Positions 9,581-19,230 of a DNA stretch of 64,000 nt are shown here, one piece after another. The position numbers and the translations under genes were made by a program. The notes beneath the pieces were generated by a model that saw only the letters and a list, made by a program, of their open reading frames with translations, did not search any database and was not told the origin of the DNA. The stretch is from contig JBDRJF010000024.1 in the NCBI GenBank assembly GCA_043815185.1, positions 128,533 through 192,532 on the forward strand, written 5' to 3'. The stretch comes from Candidatus Omnitrophota bacterium. GTDB lineage: Bacteria; Omnitrophota; Gorgyraeia; Duberdicusellales; 4484-171. The first letter of the stretch is position 1. Each line of letters begins with the position of its first letter.

Positions 9581-10936
9581 ATGAAAAAACTCACTTTATT
9601 TCTGATAATTCTTGTATTTCCCACCATTGTAAATGCCGATGCAATTTACCTAAAGGGTGGCCAGAAAATAGAAGGAAAATTTTTAAATACAACAAGCGAG
9701 TATATAAAAATAGATTTTTATGGAGTAGAATTAACTTACTTCTTAGATGAAATAGATCATACAGATATGGATGAAAAACCGACTCAAGGTCATACTTCGG
9801 CTTTTGAGCGTAAAATAAAAGGGTTAAGTTGTACTACAATGGATGAGGTATTAGAACTTTCGGAAGAAGAAATAGATATAGCTACCGCACTTCTTATAAT
9901 ATCTAAGGAGTCTAATAATACCATAAATATCATAGATTATCGTAATGAAATTGATAGTATGGTATTAGAGTTATCTAGACGAATACGCGGCACGAAAGAT
10001 CCAAGAATGATTATAGAGACAATGAATTCCTATTTGTTCGATTCCATTGGATTCAAGCCAAGGATTTTAAAGGATTATGTCTCTGGAAGTAATCCGGAAA
10101 CCTCTTTTTTAAGTAATGTATTGGACAGAAAAGAAGGAGATTGTGAGGGTTTATCTGGTTTATATTTATCGCTCAGCGAAAGACTAACACTACCGATTTA
10201 CGGAGTGTCTTTACCCGCTCATAAGTTTGTTCGCTATACAGATGGCATAACTTCAATAAATATTGAAATGACGGATAGAGGGGAAGTCCACAGTGATGAA
10301 GAATATATAGAATATTATAATTTACCCGGAAAAACATCATTCAAAATTCAATCAAAAAAAGATTTTATTATAGATCATATTATAAAACTTGGCACTTTTT
10401 GGGGATATATAAAAAACCCAGATAAAGCCATTTTTTGGTTGGAGAAAGCTTTAGAGATAAATCCTCAAAGTGAACATGCTCATAATTCGCTGGGTCTCGC
10501 ATATAGAGAAAAGGGATTAATATCAGAAGCAATTTCGAAAATAAAAAAAGCTATAGAAATTAACTCTACTATAGCTGATTTTTACTATAATTTGGGTAGT
10601 ATATATGATAGAGAAGGGATGAAAGACGAGGCTATTGCAGAATATAACAAAGGGCTAAAAATAGCTCCTTCCCCTGCTATTTATTGCTTTCTAGGTAATA
10701 TATATGCTACAAAGGACATGTTGGATGAATCTATTATGCAATATAAATGCGCAATAGAACTCGACCCTAATTACGGTGATGCGCATTGTTTTATTGCTGA
10801 TTGTTACAGACGGAAGGGAGAATACAATCTTGCTTGGCAACATGCAAGAATTGCACAAAAATTAGGCCAGCCATTAGCTACATATGAGATAGAAGAACTA
10901 AATAAAGTTTCAAGCGAACCATCTTTAAAGGAATAA
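9581..10936 (+). CDS. Secreted transglutaminase-like / TPR-repeat protein
   Basis: Signal peptide MKKLTLFLIILVFPTIVNA, a Cys-core-like motif EGDCEGLSGLY, and C-terminal TPR repeats (AIFWLEKALEINP.., AISKIKKAIEIN.., AIAEYNKGLKIAP..). Confidence 0.6.
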   Translation: MKKLTLFLIILVFPTIVNADAIYLKGGQKIEGKFLNTTSEYIKIDFYGVELTYFLDEIDHTDMDEKPTQGHTSAFERKIKGLSCTTMDEVLELSEEEIDIATALLIISKESNNTINIIDYRNEIDSMVLELSRRIRGTKDPRMIIETMNSYLFDSIGFKPRILKDYVSGSNPETSFLSNVLDRKEGDCEGLSGLYLSLSERLTLPIYGVSLPAHKFVRYTDGITSINIEMTDRGEVHSDEEYIEYYNLPGKTSFKIQSKKDFIIDHIIKLGTFWGYIKNPDKAIFWLEKALEINPQSEHAHNSLGLAYREKGLISEAISKIKKAIEINSTIADFYYNLGSIYDREGMKDEAIAEYNKGLKIAPSPAIYCFLGNIYATKDMLDESIMQYKCAIELDPNYGDAHCFIADCYRRKGEYNLAWQHARIAQKLGQPLATYEIEELNKVSSEPSLKE

Positions 10937-11045
10937 AATAGTTACATTAAGGTAGGGGCATGACTACCTTAAATCAAAATAATTTGGTTGCTAAACCAAC
11001 CAAATAAAGTATTAATAAATTCGAAAAGAGTAAAAGGAGGGAAAA

Positions 11046-11477
11046 ATGGTTAAACGGCCGTATTTGATAAATTTTATCGCTTGGACCGAAATTATTTTTG
11101 GCTCAATAGGATGTTTAATTTTTGCGGGTTTAGCAGTATACAATCTAGTGGGGGGCTTTTTTGACCATACTTATGGTTACTGGGGCATAGCTTTTGGATT
11201 TATCTTTCTAATATCTGCCTTATTATTTCTTTTCCAAATGATTTGTGGACTAAGCATTTTTAAAGCTAAAAGATGGATTTTAACATTTGTTCTTGGTTTT
11301 TTTAAAATGCTTCTTTATTTAGCATGCATCGTTTTAAGCGTTTATTTAATATACATCAATAAGTATCTAAATAATCTTATCCTTTTTTGTGTATTGGTTC
11401 TGTTTATATTTTTAGCGTCAAGTATATATGTAGTTTGGTGGCTAAGCCGTCCTTTTGTAAAACAGCAATTTACATAA
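11046..11477 (+). CDS. Hypothetical integral membrane protein (4 TM)
   Basis: 143 aa and strongly hydrophobic, with AAGGAGG upstream. Confidence 0.45.
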   Translation: MVKRPYLINFIAWTEIIFGSIGCLIFAGLAVYNLVGGFFDHTYGYWGIAFGFIFLISALLFLFQMICGLSIFKAKRWILTFVLGFFKMLLYLACIVLSVYLIYINKYLNNLILFCVLVLFIFLASSIYVVWWLSRPFVKQQFT

Positions 11478-11525
11478 TCTATATCTAATAATTTTCTCTT
11501 ACTCTACTAAACTTTTAATGCTACC

Positions 11526-12283
11526 AGGGGACGGTTCTCGTTGCCCTATCCTTTACCCGCACAATAAGTTGTAAACACACCATTATAAATATCTAATTTA
11601 TTTGAAAGAAAAAGCCTTCTTTATACGTCTATTATAGAAAAGAGGAGGTTTTTATGCCACGCCAAGCCAGAGAAATTCCATCAGCAGGGTATCTACATAT
11701 AATAAGCCGAGGAAATAATAAAAGGAAGATCTTCCGCTACGAAAGGGATAAAAAGCAGTATTATCTCTATCTTAAAAATTTGAAGCAGCAAGAGAAGATT
11801 AATATTTGCCATTACTGCCTTATGGGTAATCACGTACATCTTCTTGTAGAGGTAAGGCAGGAAAGTAACCTATCCAGGTTTATGAAACGGATCAACCTTA
11901 AATATGTCTATTACTACCAAAGAAAATACACCTATTGTGGCCATCTCTGGCAGGATAGATTCCAATCAAAGATAATCAATAATGAGCCTTATCTGATACA
12001 ATGCGGTAAATACATAGAACTAAATCCTGTACGGGCCGGCATTGTTTCCTCTCCGGAAAATTACCCTTTCTCAAGCTATCACTACTATGGCGTTGGTCAA
12101 AAAGATTCACTTATTACCCCAAACCCTTTATATGAAGGCTTAAGTAAACAACAGGAAAAGAGACAGCATATATATAGAAATCTAATAATTGAGAAAGAAA
12201 ATGAGACAGAAGAAACAAAAAAATAATTGTCTGTTCATAACTAACTGGTGTATAATAAGTAAGGGGTGAGAGAACCGTCCCCT
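11526..12283. mobile_element. RAYT/IS200-like unit 1 bounded by 14-bp inverted repeats
   Basis: aggggacggttctc at 11526-11539 and its reverse complement gagaaccgtcccct at 12270-12283 flank the Y1 transposase gene. Confidence 0.6.
11654..12226 (+). CDS. IS200/IS605-family HUH Y1 transposase, REP-associated (RAYT)-like
   Basis: 190 aa. HUH motif GNHVHLLVEV; Tyr-motif region GKYIELNPVRAGIV; WQDRFQSKII. Confidence 0.75.
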   Translation: MPRQAREIPSAGYLHIISRGNNKRKIFRYERDKKQYYLYLKNLKQQEKINICHYCLMGNHVHLLVEVRQESNLSRFMKRINLKYVYYYQRKYTYCGHLWQDRFQSKIINNEPYLIQCGKYIELNPVRAGIVSSPENYPFSSYHYYGVGQKDSLITPNPLYEGLSKQQEKRQHIYRNLIIEKENETEETKK

Positions 12284-12297
12284 TCTGGAGGTTAAGT

Positions 12298-13062
12298 ATG
12301 GCAAAAATCACTTTCCTGGGAACTTCTTCAAGCATTCCTACAGACAAAAGGGACAATACTTCTTTTATTCTGGCTCATAAAAAACTTAGGCTTCTAATCG
12401 ACTGCCCCGGCTCGATAACACAGAAACTCTTAAAAATAGGGTTAGATTTTAGAAAAATAAAGGATATCGTTATCACCCACGAACACCCTGACCATATTTA
12501 CGGAATAATCTCACTCATTCATACCCAAGCTTACTTTAATGACAGCTTAAGAATATTTACTACCCCGCCTTCTCTAAAAATTATTAGGCAATTAATAAAG
12601 TTATTCGAATTGGATAAACCCCAGTATCCCAAGGTAAAGTATGTTAATGTATTTAAGAGAAAAAAATTCTTAAACAAGGAGGGGTTAAGAATATCGGCAA
12701 TAAGAAACAAACATATTCCCGGTTCTTTTGGGATAAGAGCCTCTTTCGCTAAAAAGTCCTTATTCTACTCTTCAGATACCTCATTCTCTAAAAGGATGCT
12801 GAAGGAAGCTGGCCAGACTAACTACCTTATCCATGATTGCACTGCTTCCTCCTCCTTTTTCCAAAAACACCCTTCTCTCTATAAAATGCATACTTCAGCC
12901 AAAGAGCTCAGCGATTACCTAAAGGCTTTCCTAAGGATAAAATTTATTCCAGTACATTTTTTACTTATTACCAAGAGTGAGGAGAAAAAAATAAGAAAGG
13001 AATTGAAATCTTTGGGCAGCAGGGTTATCTGGGCGGAAGATTTTAAAACAATTGTTCTTTAA
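12298..13062 (+). CDS. MBL-fold metallo-hydrolase, short RNase Z-like
   Basis: 254 aa. The N-terminus KITFLGTSSSIPTDKRDNTSF..LIDCPGS..ITHEHPDHIYG parallels RNase Z, but the protein is shorter, with no obvious flexible-arm insert. Confidence 0.55.
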   Translation: MAKITFLGTSSSIPTDKRDNTSFILAHKKLRLLIDCPGSITQKLLKIGLDFRKIKDIVITHEHPDHIYGIISLIHTQAYFNDSLRIFTTPPSLKIIRQLIKLFELDKPQYPKVKYVNVFKRKKFLNKEGLRISAIRNKHIPGSFGIRASFAKKSLFYSSDTSFSKRMLKEAGQTNYLIHDCTASSSFFQKHPSLYKMHTSAKELSDYLKAFLRIKFIPVHFLLITKSEEKKIRKELKSLGSRVIWAEDFKTIVL

Positions 13063-13703
13063 CGTTGATGTTCTAAGACAACTATCTGCTTAAAAGAATC
13101 TCTGTTCTGCGGGCTAATATCCAAAGAAACTCTCTTCTCATAATCCGGATTAAGATTTAGGAATTTCTCCACCCGGTCAATATCGAACCCCAGCTTAGAA
13201 GTCTTAAAGTGCATCGGAATAGTAATCTTGGGGACAATCTGTCTCAGGAAATCACTGGCTTCCTGAGCTCCGATAGTAAATACCCCTCCTACTGGAATGA
13301 AAGCAATATCGATATCAAAAAAAGGGGTTAAGTCAATGTCTTTTGTTCCTAAATCTCCGCAGTGAATGATCTTTAGGCCATCGGCTTGAATAGCAAAAAT
13401 TATATTCGGCCCGCGCTCCTTACCTTTCTCCTTATCATGATAAGATGGTATACCTTGGATCTCAAAATCCTTTATCTTAAACTTACCTTTTTTATCTACA
13501 ACTTGAGCGGTTTTAAACTCCCCAATGTGGTTGTGGTCAGTATGTTGGTGTGAAACAGTAACAATATCGGCTTTAAGACTAATCGGGCCATAGCCTACTG
13601 CCCCTGCGTATCCTCCGGATTCGTAAGGATCAGTAATTAATCTAGTTCCTTGATCGGTTTCTAAAAGGAAACAAGCGTGACCTAGCCAGCTTACTTTCAT
13701 CAC
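13059..13703 (-). CDS. MBL-fold metal-dependent hydrolase (UPF0173-like)
   Basis: 214 aa with MKVSWLGHACFLLE and VSHQHTDHNH motifs. Confidence 0.7.
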   Translation of the reverse strand: MMKVSWLGHACFLLETDQGTRLITDPYESGGYAGAVGYGPISLKADIVTVSHQHTDHNHIGEFKTAQVVDKKGKFKIKDFEIQGIPSYHDKEKGKERGPNIIFAIQADGLKIIHCGDLGTKDIDLTPFFDIDIAFIPVGGVFTIGAQEASDFLRQIVPKITIPMHFKTSKLGFDIDRVEKFLNLNPDYEKRVSLDISPQNRDSFKQIVVLEHQR

Positions 13704-14377
13704 TCCCCTTCCGCTTCTGCCTTTGCTAGCGTCTGAAGTATCTCTTCAGATATTCCAATATCAACTACCAATACCTTACCGCAAAGATCTTTACCTGGAT
13801 TTAAGAAAAAACCTCTCTTGGCAGCTATAAAAGTTATGGTATAGTCGGCCCTTATAGCACTGCCTAAGATTACTCCCTGATCCGGAGATAACCCCGAAGG
13901 GATATCGCAAGATACCACTTTTCTGCCGCTTTCATTTACCAAGTCGATAACTTCTCGAAGAAAAGGACTAACTTCCCCTTTTACCCCAATTCCTAAAATT
14001 CCTTCGAGGATAAAGTCTCTATCGCCAAAAAGCTTTTTAAGCTTGAAGGTATTGCTGCTTGTAATAGAGCGGATCCGGCAACCTATTTTCGCAAGAAGGT
14101 CTCTTTGAAAAATTGTCTCTGCCCCTAACTCCTTATCCTCTAGCACTGCTATCACCACATCATAACCATTTGATACAAGCTTGCGGGCACAGCTTAGGAC
14201 ATCGGCACCATTATTACCCCTACCCGAAATTACCAGGGCTCTTTTGCCTAAACCCAAACTATCAATAACCTTAAAGAGATTACTCGATGCATTCTCGATG
14301 AGTATTCTCTCCTCTAGGCCGATTTTCTTAGCTAAAGCTTCTAACTCTCTTAGCTTGTTTATGCTCAAGCCATCCAT
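13700..14377 (-). CDS. nnrE: NAD(P)H-hydrate epimerase (YjeF N-terminal domain)
   Basis: 225 aa with the GRGNNGADVL motif and typical YjeF_N length. Confidence 0.72.
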   Translation of the reverse strand: MDGLSINKLRELEALAKKIGLEERILIENASSNLFKVIDSLGLGKRALVISGRGNNGADVLSCARKLVSNGYDVVIAVLEDKELGAETIFQRDLLAKIGCRIRSITSSNTFKLKKLFGDRDFILEGILGIGVKGEVSPFLREVIDLVNESGRKVVSCDIPSGLSPDQGVILGSAIRADYTITFIAAKRGFFLNPGKDLCGKVLVVDIGISEEILQTLAKAEAEGE

Positions 14378-14429
14378 TTAAGAATCCTTTATCTTTTATG
14401 GTGTTTTAATCAAAAGGGGGTATCGACTC

Positions 14430-15405
14430 TCAGTGCACTTCTTTATCTTTGTCTTCCTTTTTAAACAAATCCAGAAATCTATCTTCATATTCTTTGTAAA
14501 CACTCCAATGATCAAGTTCGCTCTTCAGTTGATTAGCCAAAGTTATATCTTTTTCGGACTGCTTAAAAAGGTTATCTATCTTTTCGCGGATTGATTGAGG
14601 TAGTTTCGTGTAAGCGGCTAAATCTTTCTTTATCTTATCGATGTCTTCATCGCTTAAAGGACTGTGTTTAGAAGGAGAAGCCTCTCCTTTTAAGTAAGTG
14701 ATAAGTTTCTCTATCTCATCTTCAATGAACTTGCTTCGCGCGTCTATAGAAGAAAGGTTTAGATTTAACTTAAGATACCGGTTCATTACATCTAGAATAC
14801 CATTAGTTGCTTTAGGATTCTCGATCTGGGCGGTATAGAAAGGTATCTCCCCTAACAAACATACTCCTTTTACGCCTTTCTTCTTTCCGACTCCTAAGAT
14901 AATACCGTTAAGGCCACTTATCTGGCCTTCTTTTAAAACCTGTAGATTAAACTTCTCAAAAGGTTTTAAAGACTCATTATGAGTGGCAGCTAACCAGACC
15001 ATAGGCTTAGTTTTGTGGTCAATAGCTTCGGGCTTGGCAGCGAAAGTAAACATCAGTTTTACCTTATATTTCTTTACAAAGTTAATAATCATTAAGGAGA
15101 GAGCTTGGGCATGCACAAGCGGAGGTTGAACCTCCCCTAAAAAAAGAATTATGTCCGGTGAATTTTTACCTTTGTGGTAATAGAAGAATCCTGCCGGCAT
15201 ATCAGGGATGGTAATAACCCCTTTATCCACAGCTACTGCTGCCGGTTTAAAAAACTGATGGGCCGTGAGTTTAGCAAAAACCTTAAACCCCAAAACTTCC
15301 TTTAGGAAAAGTACGGCACGGTAAGCTACCTCCCCCATTCCTGGCCAGGCAGCGATAAAAATCGGATTTTTTAGCTTAGGTGAAACAATTTCTTTAATCA
15401 TCCTA
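14430..15405 (-). CDS. PAC2-family (proteasome assembly chaperone-like) protein
   Basis: The N-terminus MIKEIVSPKLKNPIFIAAWPGMGEVA is typical of the PAC2 family as I recall it. The ORF extends to 15470, but the extra 22 aa overlap a T-run and look spurious. Confidence 0.5.
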
Positions 15406-15628
15406 AATACTCTACCATAAGTTAAACAAAAAACCAATAAAAAACCCCACCTTTCATCCGTTACAGGCAATTGCTATCAATCCCTCGCTAGACAAGTGGG
15501 CACCGCATCATTACCGACCAAACGATAAGAGATATTGGCTCCCTATTAAGGGTGTTGGTTGTAGCACTCTTACCTGCTGACGCAATAGGCAGGGTTTATT
15601 TTCCCCTTGTTGTCTTCAGGTTAAACTT

Positions 15629-15656
15629 ATTATACCACTAACATCCTCTATTTCAA
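15629..15656 (-). promoter_or_regulatory. Sigma-70-like promoter (TTGAAA, 16 nt spacer, TATAAT) reading toward 14430..15405
   Basis: The minus strand reads ttgaaa tagaggatgttagtgg tataat. Confidence 0.45.
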
Positions 15657-15707
15657 GATATCTGCTGGCCGGCTACAAAAAAACTTTCCGGTAAATCAAA
15701 ATAATCC

Positions 15708-17675
15708 CTAGCGCAGACGCAGGCCAGCCTGGCGGCCTAATTCTTCTCTTATCCGGTTATGAAAAGAATCGACCTCGCCCGAAGCTAGGGTTTTCTCACT
15801 TGATTGATAAAAAACCCTTAAAGTAAAAGCTCTATACCCGGGAGTAATATCCTTACCCTTATAAATGTTAACTATGCTCAAGCCAGCCAAGTAATTGCCT
15901 TTTTTTCTAATAATTTCTTCGACTACTTTAAATTTAATATCTTTCTTTAGAGAAATACTTACATCCCGCCATATAGTTGGATAGGGACTAAATGGCTTAT
16001 ATTTCTTCTTTCGCTTCTTCTCCTGGAAAGCCGGTAGGCTTATTTGAGCGAAGAATAAATCTTCTTTTAGGTCAAACTTCTTCTTGGCTTGGCCGTTTAG
16101 CTTCCCTAAAAATCCAGCCCTTTGATTACCGATAAAGATTCCTAAAGCGTTAGTAAAATTATTCAGGCTCTCTTCCTTGAGTTGAAAATCATCTATGTTA
16201 AAAAAGCCCACAATATTCTCTACGGCTCCCTTGAGATAGAAGAAATCCTCCTCCTTACCACTAATGCCTAAACTTAAGTTAGACTCTTCCAAAAAACTCT
16301 GTTTATTTTTTGCATAGATGTCGGCGATTTCAAAAAACCGTAAACCGCTCTGGTTACGATTCAAATTATGCCTTATACTTTTAACCATACCTAATAGTAA
16401 ACTGCTGCGCAGGGAATCTTCCTGGCTGCGCAAGGGATTGATCAGTTCTATGTTTGAGTACCCTTGATCCTCTAAACTGCAGGTTACTATCTCTTTAAAC
16501 CCTGACAAAGCTACAAAGTCTGCCAATTCTCCCTTAAGACGATAAAGGCTCTTTTCTCCGCTAGTAGTGAAATCATTCTTTAGGTGGGGAATTCGGGCTG
16601 GTATTTTCGAATAACTATAAACCCGGGCGAACTCTTCATAAACATCAACTTCACTATTAATATCAAAGCGAGAATCTGAAGGTGAAACTATTATCTTATC
16701 TCCGGATATCTTCCTAACTCCAAAATCAAGACCGGTGAGGATTTTGGTTACTTTCTGCTTAGGTGCTACGATACCCAAATAAGCGCCTAAAGCGTTAAGG
16801 CTTATTGCTATCTGCTTTTTTGCTAACTGAGGCTTCCTCCCGACTTGCTTGTATCCGGCGGTCTTGCCTCCGGTTTCTTTTTCAATTAATTTAATAGCTT
16901 CACAAGAAACTACTTCTAATAAATGCGGCGGGACTACTCTTTCGAAACGATAAGAAGATTCGGTATCCAAACCGGCTACTCGCCGAGAGCGTCTGATAGT
17001 TAAAGGAGAAAATATTGCTGCCTCAAGAAAAACATTCTTAGTGTTAACATCTACCTCAGTATTTTTAGCTCCGATGACTCCGGCTAAGGCAACTACCTTC
17101 TTACTGTCGGCAATTACTAAATTATCTTGCATCAAAACCCTTTCCTTGCCATCAATCCCCAGGAAAAACTCACCTTTCTTGGCACGGCGGATATAGATAT
17201 TTCCTTTAAGCTTATCAGCATCAAAAGCATGAAGGGGATTACCCCACTTAAGCATAGAATAATTCGTAATGTCAACAATATTATTAACTGAGTTGAACCC
17301 GCAATTTGTAATTCGTTCTTTAAGCCAAGCCGGCGAGTTCCCCACCTTTACCTCCGCTAATCTTCGACCAATATAGTAAGGGCAATCTTTTTTATCCTCG
17401 ATTATAATTTCTCGGTCTAGAAGTGGTTTCCTGGCCAATACCGGATAGTCGACCTTCAGTTTCTTACCAAGAATTGCAGCTATCTCCCGGGCAATCCCCA
17501 CCATAGAAAGCCAATCATACCTATTGGTAGTTACCTCAACATCAAAAACCCAATCTTCTCCCTTCTTTTCAAAACATTCAACTTCCATGCCAGCCATAGT
17601 TAAGAAAACAGCTAAATCTTTAGCTGGAATACCTACTTTTAAAAACTCTTGAATAAAATTTAGACTAAACCGCAT
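15708..17675 (-). CDS. pheT: Phenylalanine--tRNA ligase beta subunit (short form, no N-terminal tRNA-binding domain)
   Basis: 655 aa. It starts directly with B1-like MRFSLNFIQEFL and sits adjacent to pheS. Confidence 0.9.
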   Translation of the reverse strand: MRFSLNFIQEFLKVGIPAKDLAVFLTMAGMEVECFEKKGEDWVFDVEVTTNRYDWLSMVGIAREIAAILGKKLKVDYPVLARKPLLDREIIIEDKKDCPYYIGRRLAEVKVGNSPAWLKERITNCGFNSVNNIVDITNYSMLKWGNPLHAFDADKLKGNIYIRRAKKGEFFLGIDGKERVLMQDNLVIADSKKVVALAGVIGAKNTEVDVNTKNVFLEAAIFSPLTIRRSRRVAGLDTESSYRFERVVPPHLLEVVSCEAIKLIEKETGGKTAGYKQVGRKPQLAKKQIAISLNALGAYLGIVAPKQKVTKILTGLDFGVRKISGDKIIVSPSDSRFDINSEVDVYEEFARVYSYSKIPARIPHLKNDFTTSGEKSLYRLKGELADFVALSGFKEIVTCSLEDQGYSNIELINPLRSQEDSLRSSLLLGMVKSIRHNLNRNQSGLRFFEIADIYAKNKQSFLEESNLSLGISGKEEDFFYLKGAVENIVGFFNIDDFQLKEESLNNFTNALGIFIGNQRAGFLGKLNGQAKKKFDLKEDLFFAQISLPAFQEKKRKKKYKPFSPYPTIWRDVSISLKKDIKFKVVEEIIRKKGNYLAGLSIVNIYKGKDITPGYRAFTLRVFYQSSEKTLASGEVDSFHNRIREELGRQAGLRLR

Positions 17676-17685
17676 AATTTATATT

Positions 17686-18744
17686 TTATAGAGAAAATTG
17701 CTGCAAGAACCTAATGTCATTTTCATAAAAAAGACGGATATCATCAATACTGTATTTAAGCATTGCTATTCGCTCAACCCCCATCCCAAAGGCAAAACCT
17801 TTATATTTTTTAGGGTCGATAGTACATGCTTTTAACACTTTAGGGTGAATCATACCACAACCTAAAATCTCAAGCCAACCCTTCCCCTTACAAACACTAC
17901 ACCTCTTCCCGCTTTTCTTTATTCTTATTCCTTTATTTTTCGCCCCCTTACATATAATACAAGAGATATCTACCTCAGCTGATGGCTCGGTAAATGGGAA
18001 GAAGTGGGGACGAAAACGCAGTTCAACATCCGGAGAGAAAAACTCCTTGGCAAAGTGAAGCAGTACGCCTTTTAGATGAGCAAAATTGAGATCCTCACTC
18101 ACGGCAAATCCCTCTATCTGGTGAAACATAAAAGAGTGGGTAGCATCTACCTCATCGGGCCGGTATACTCGGCCCGGTGAAATTACTGCTAAAGGAGGCC
18201 TTGTTCTTTGCATAACTCTTATCTGAGACGGTGAGGTATGGCTGCGCAAGAGGTACTTACCTTTATTTTTTTCGGGTATATTTAAATAGAAAGTATCAAA
18301 GACATCCCGGGAAGGATGTTCTAAAGGAATGTTTAAGGCTTCAAAGTTATACCACTCCTCCTCTATCTCTTCACCCTCGATAGTCCTAAATCCTAAATTC
18401 TCAAAAATTGTACAGATCTTCTGGCTAACCGTGGTTAGGATATGGCGTGAGCCGACCTGGGGGAAAACCGAAGGTAAGGTTAAGTCGCTTTTTTCTTCCT
18501 TACTTCTGGTTTCATTCAGGCGATTTTCCAATAAGCGGGTTATTTCTTGTTTGAAAACATTTAGCCTCTTACCCCAAAGCCCTCTCTCTTCTTTCGCCAG
18601 CCCGGGAATCCGGGAAAAAAGCCGGGTAAAAGTAGACTTTCGCCCTAAATATTTAATCTTTAAGGCCTCTAAATTTTGGGGAGATTCAGCTTCTTGAAAC
18701 TCTCTTTGGAATTCTTTTTCTAAACGTTTAAGCTCGTTTTCCAT
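17686..18744 (-). CDS. pheS: Phenylalanine--tRNA ligase alpha subunit
   Basis: 352 aa with class II motifs LRSHTSPSQIR, FRPHFFPFTEPSAE and GFAFGMGVERIAM. Confidence 0.95.
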   Translation of the reverse strand: MENELKRLEKEFQREFQEAESPQNLEALKIKYLGRKSTFTRLFSRIPGLAKEERGLWGKRLNVFKQEITRLLENRLNETRSKEEKSDLTLPSVFPQVGSRHILTTVSQKICTIFENLGFRTIEGEEIEEEWYNFEALNIPLEHPSRDVFDTFYLNIPEKNKGKYLLRSHTSPSQIRVMQRTRPPLAVISPGRVYRPDEVDATHSFMFHQIEGFAVSEDLNFAHLKGVLLHFAKEFFSPDVELRFRPHFFPFTEPSAEVDISCIICKGAKNKGIRIKKSGKRCSVCKGKGWLEILGCGMIHPKVLKACTIDPKKYKGFAFGMGVERIAMLKYSIDDIRLFYENDIRFLQQFSL

Positions 18745-19228
18745 ATTGGACCTTTATAAAATAGATAGCTGCGGTTGTCAAACAAATTATCGAAAGTATC
18801 ATCGCTAATCGCTTTTTCTGAGCCGAGACTGTAAATTCTCTTCTCTGCCCTTCTTGAACAACCCTTAAAACCTCCAGGTGTAGATCGCTTATCTGATGAA
18901 CTGGGCAATCTTTATAAAAGACCCCTTTAATTTGTAAATAGTCTCCTCTGTATCTATAACTTCCCCAATAGGTTATCAAATCTACGATATTTTTATCGGA
19001 TGAGAAAACTCCGATTTGTTTTGAACCCGATACAATATTTATCCAGACCCCTTGAGAATCCTTTAGAGGTTCCCCAACTACTTCACCCTCTATAGTAATT
19101 GATTGACCGCTAAATTCCTGCGGCGATGTTAATGCAGCATCTAATACCGAGGCTTGAACCGATAAAAAGGGAGTGCTGAAAGCTAGCAATAATAAGCAAA
19201 AAGTAAAAAATTTTAACTTACCAACCAT
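18728..19228 (-). CDS. Hypothetical exported protein with C-terminal TM anchor
   Basis: 166 aa with a signal peptide and a C-terminal hydrophobic helix. I recognise no family. Confidence 0.35.
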   Translation of the reverse strand: MVGKLKFFTFCLLLLAFSTPFLSVQASVLDAALTSPQEFSGQSITIEGEVVGEPLKDSQGVWINIVSGSKQIGVFSSDKNIVDLITYWGSYRYRGDYLQIKGVFYKDCPVHQISDLHLEVLRVVQEGQRREFTVSAQKKRLAMILSIICLTTAAIYFIKVQYGKRA

Positions 19229-19230
19229 GT

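Noticed and set aside
9430-9627. Minus-strand ORFs overlapping tRNA-flanking modules (9430..9627, 63368..63598, 63731..63916).
   Set aside because: They run antisense through tRNA genes and the structured modules, and they have no start context. They are explained by the non-coding features.
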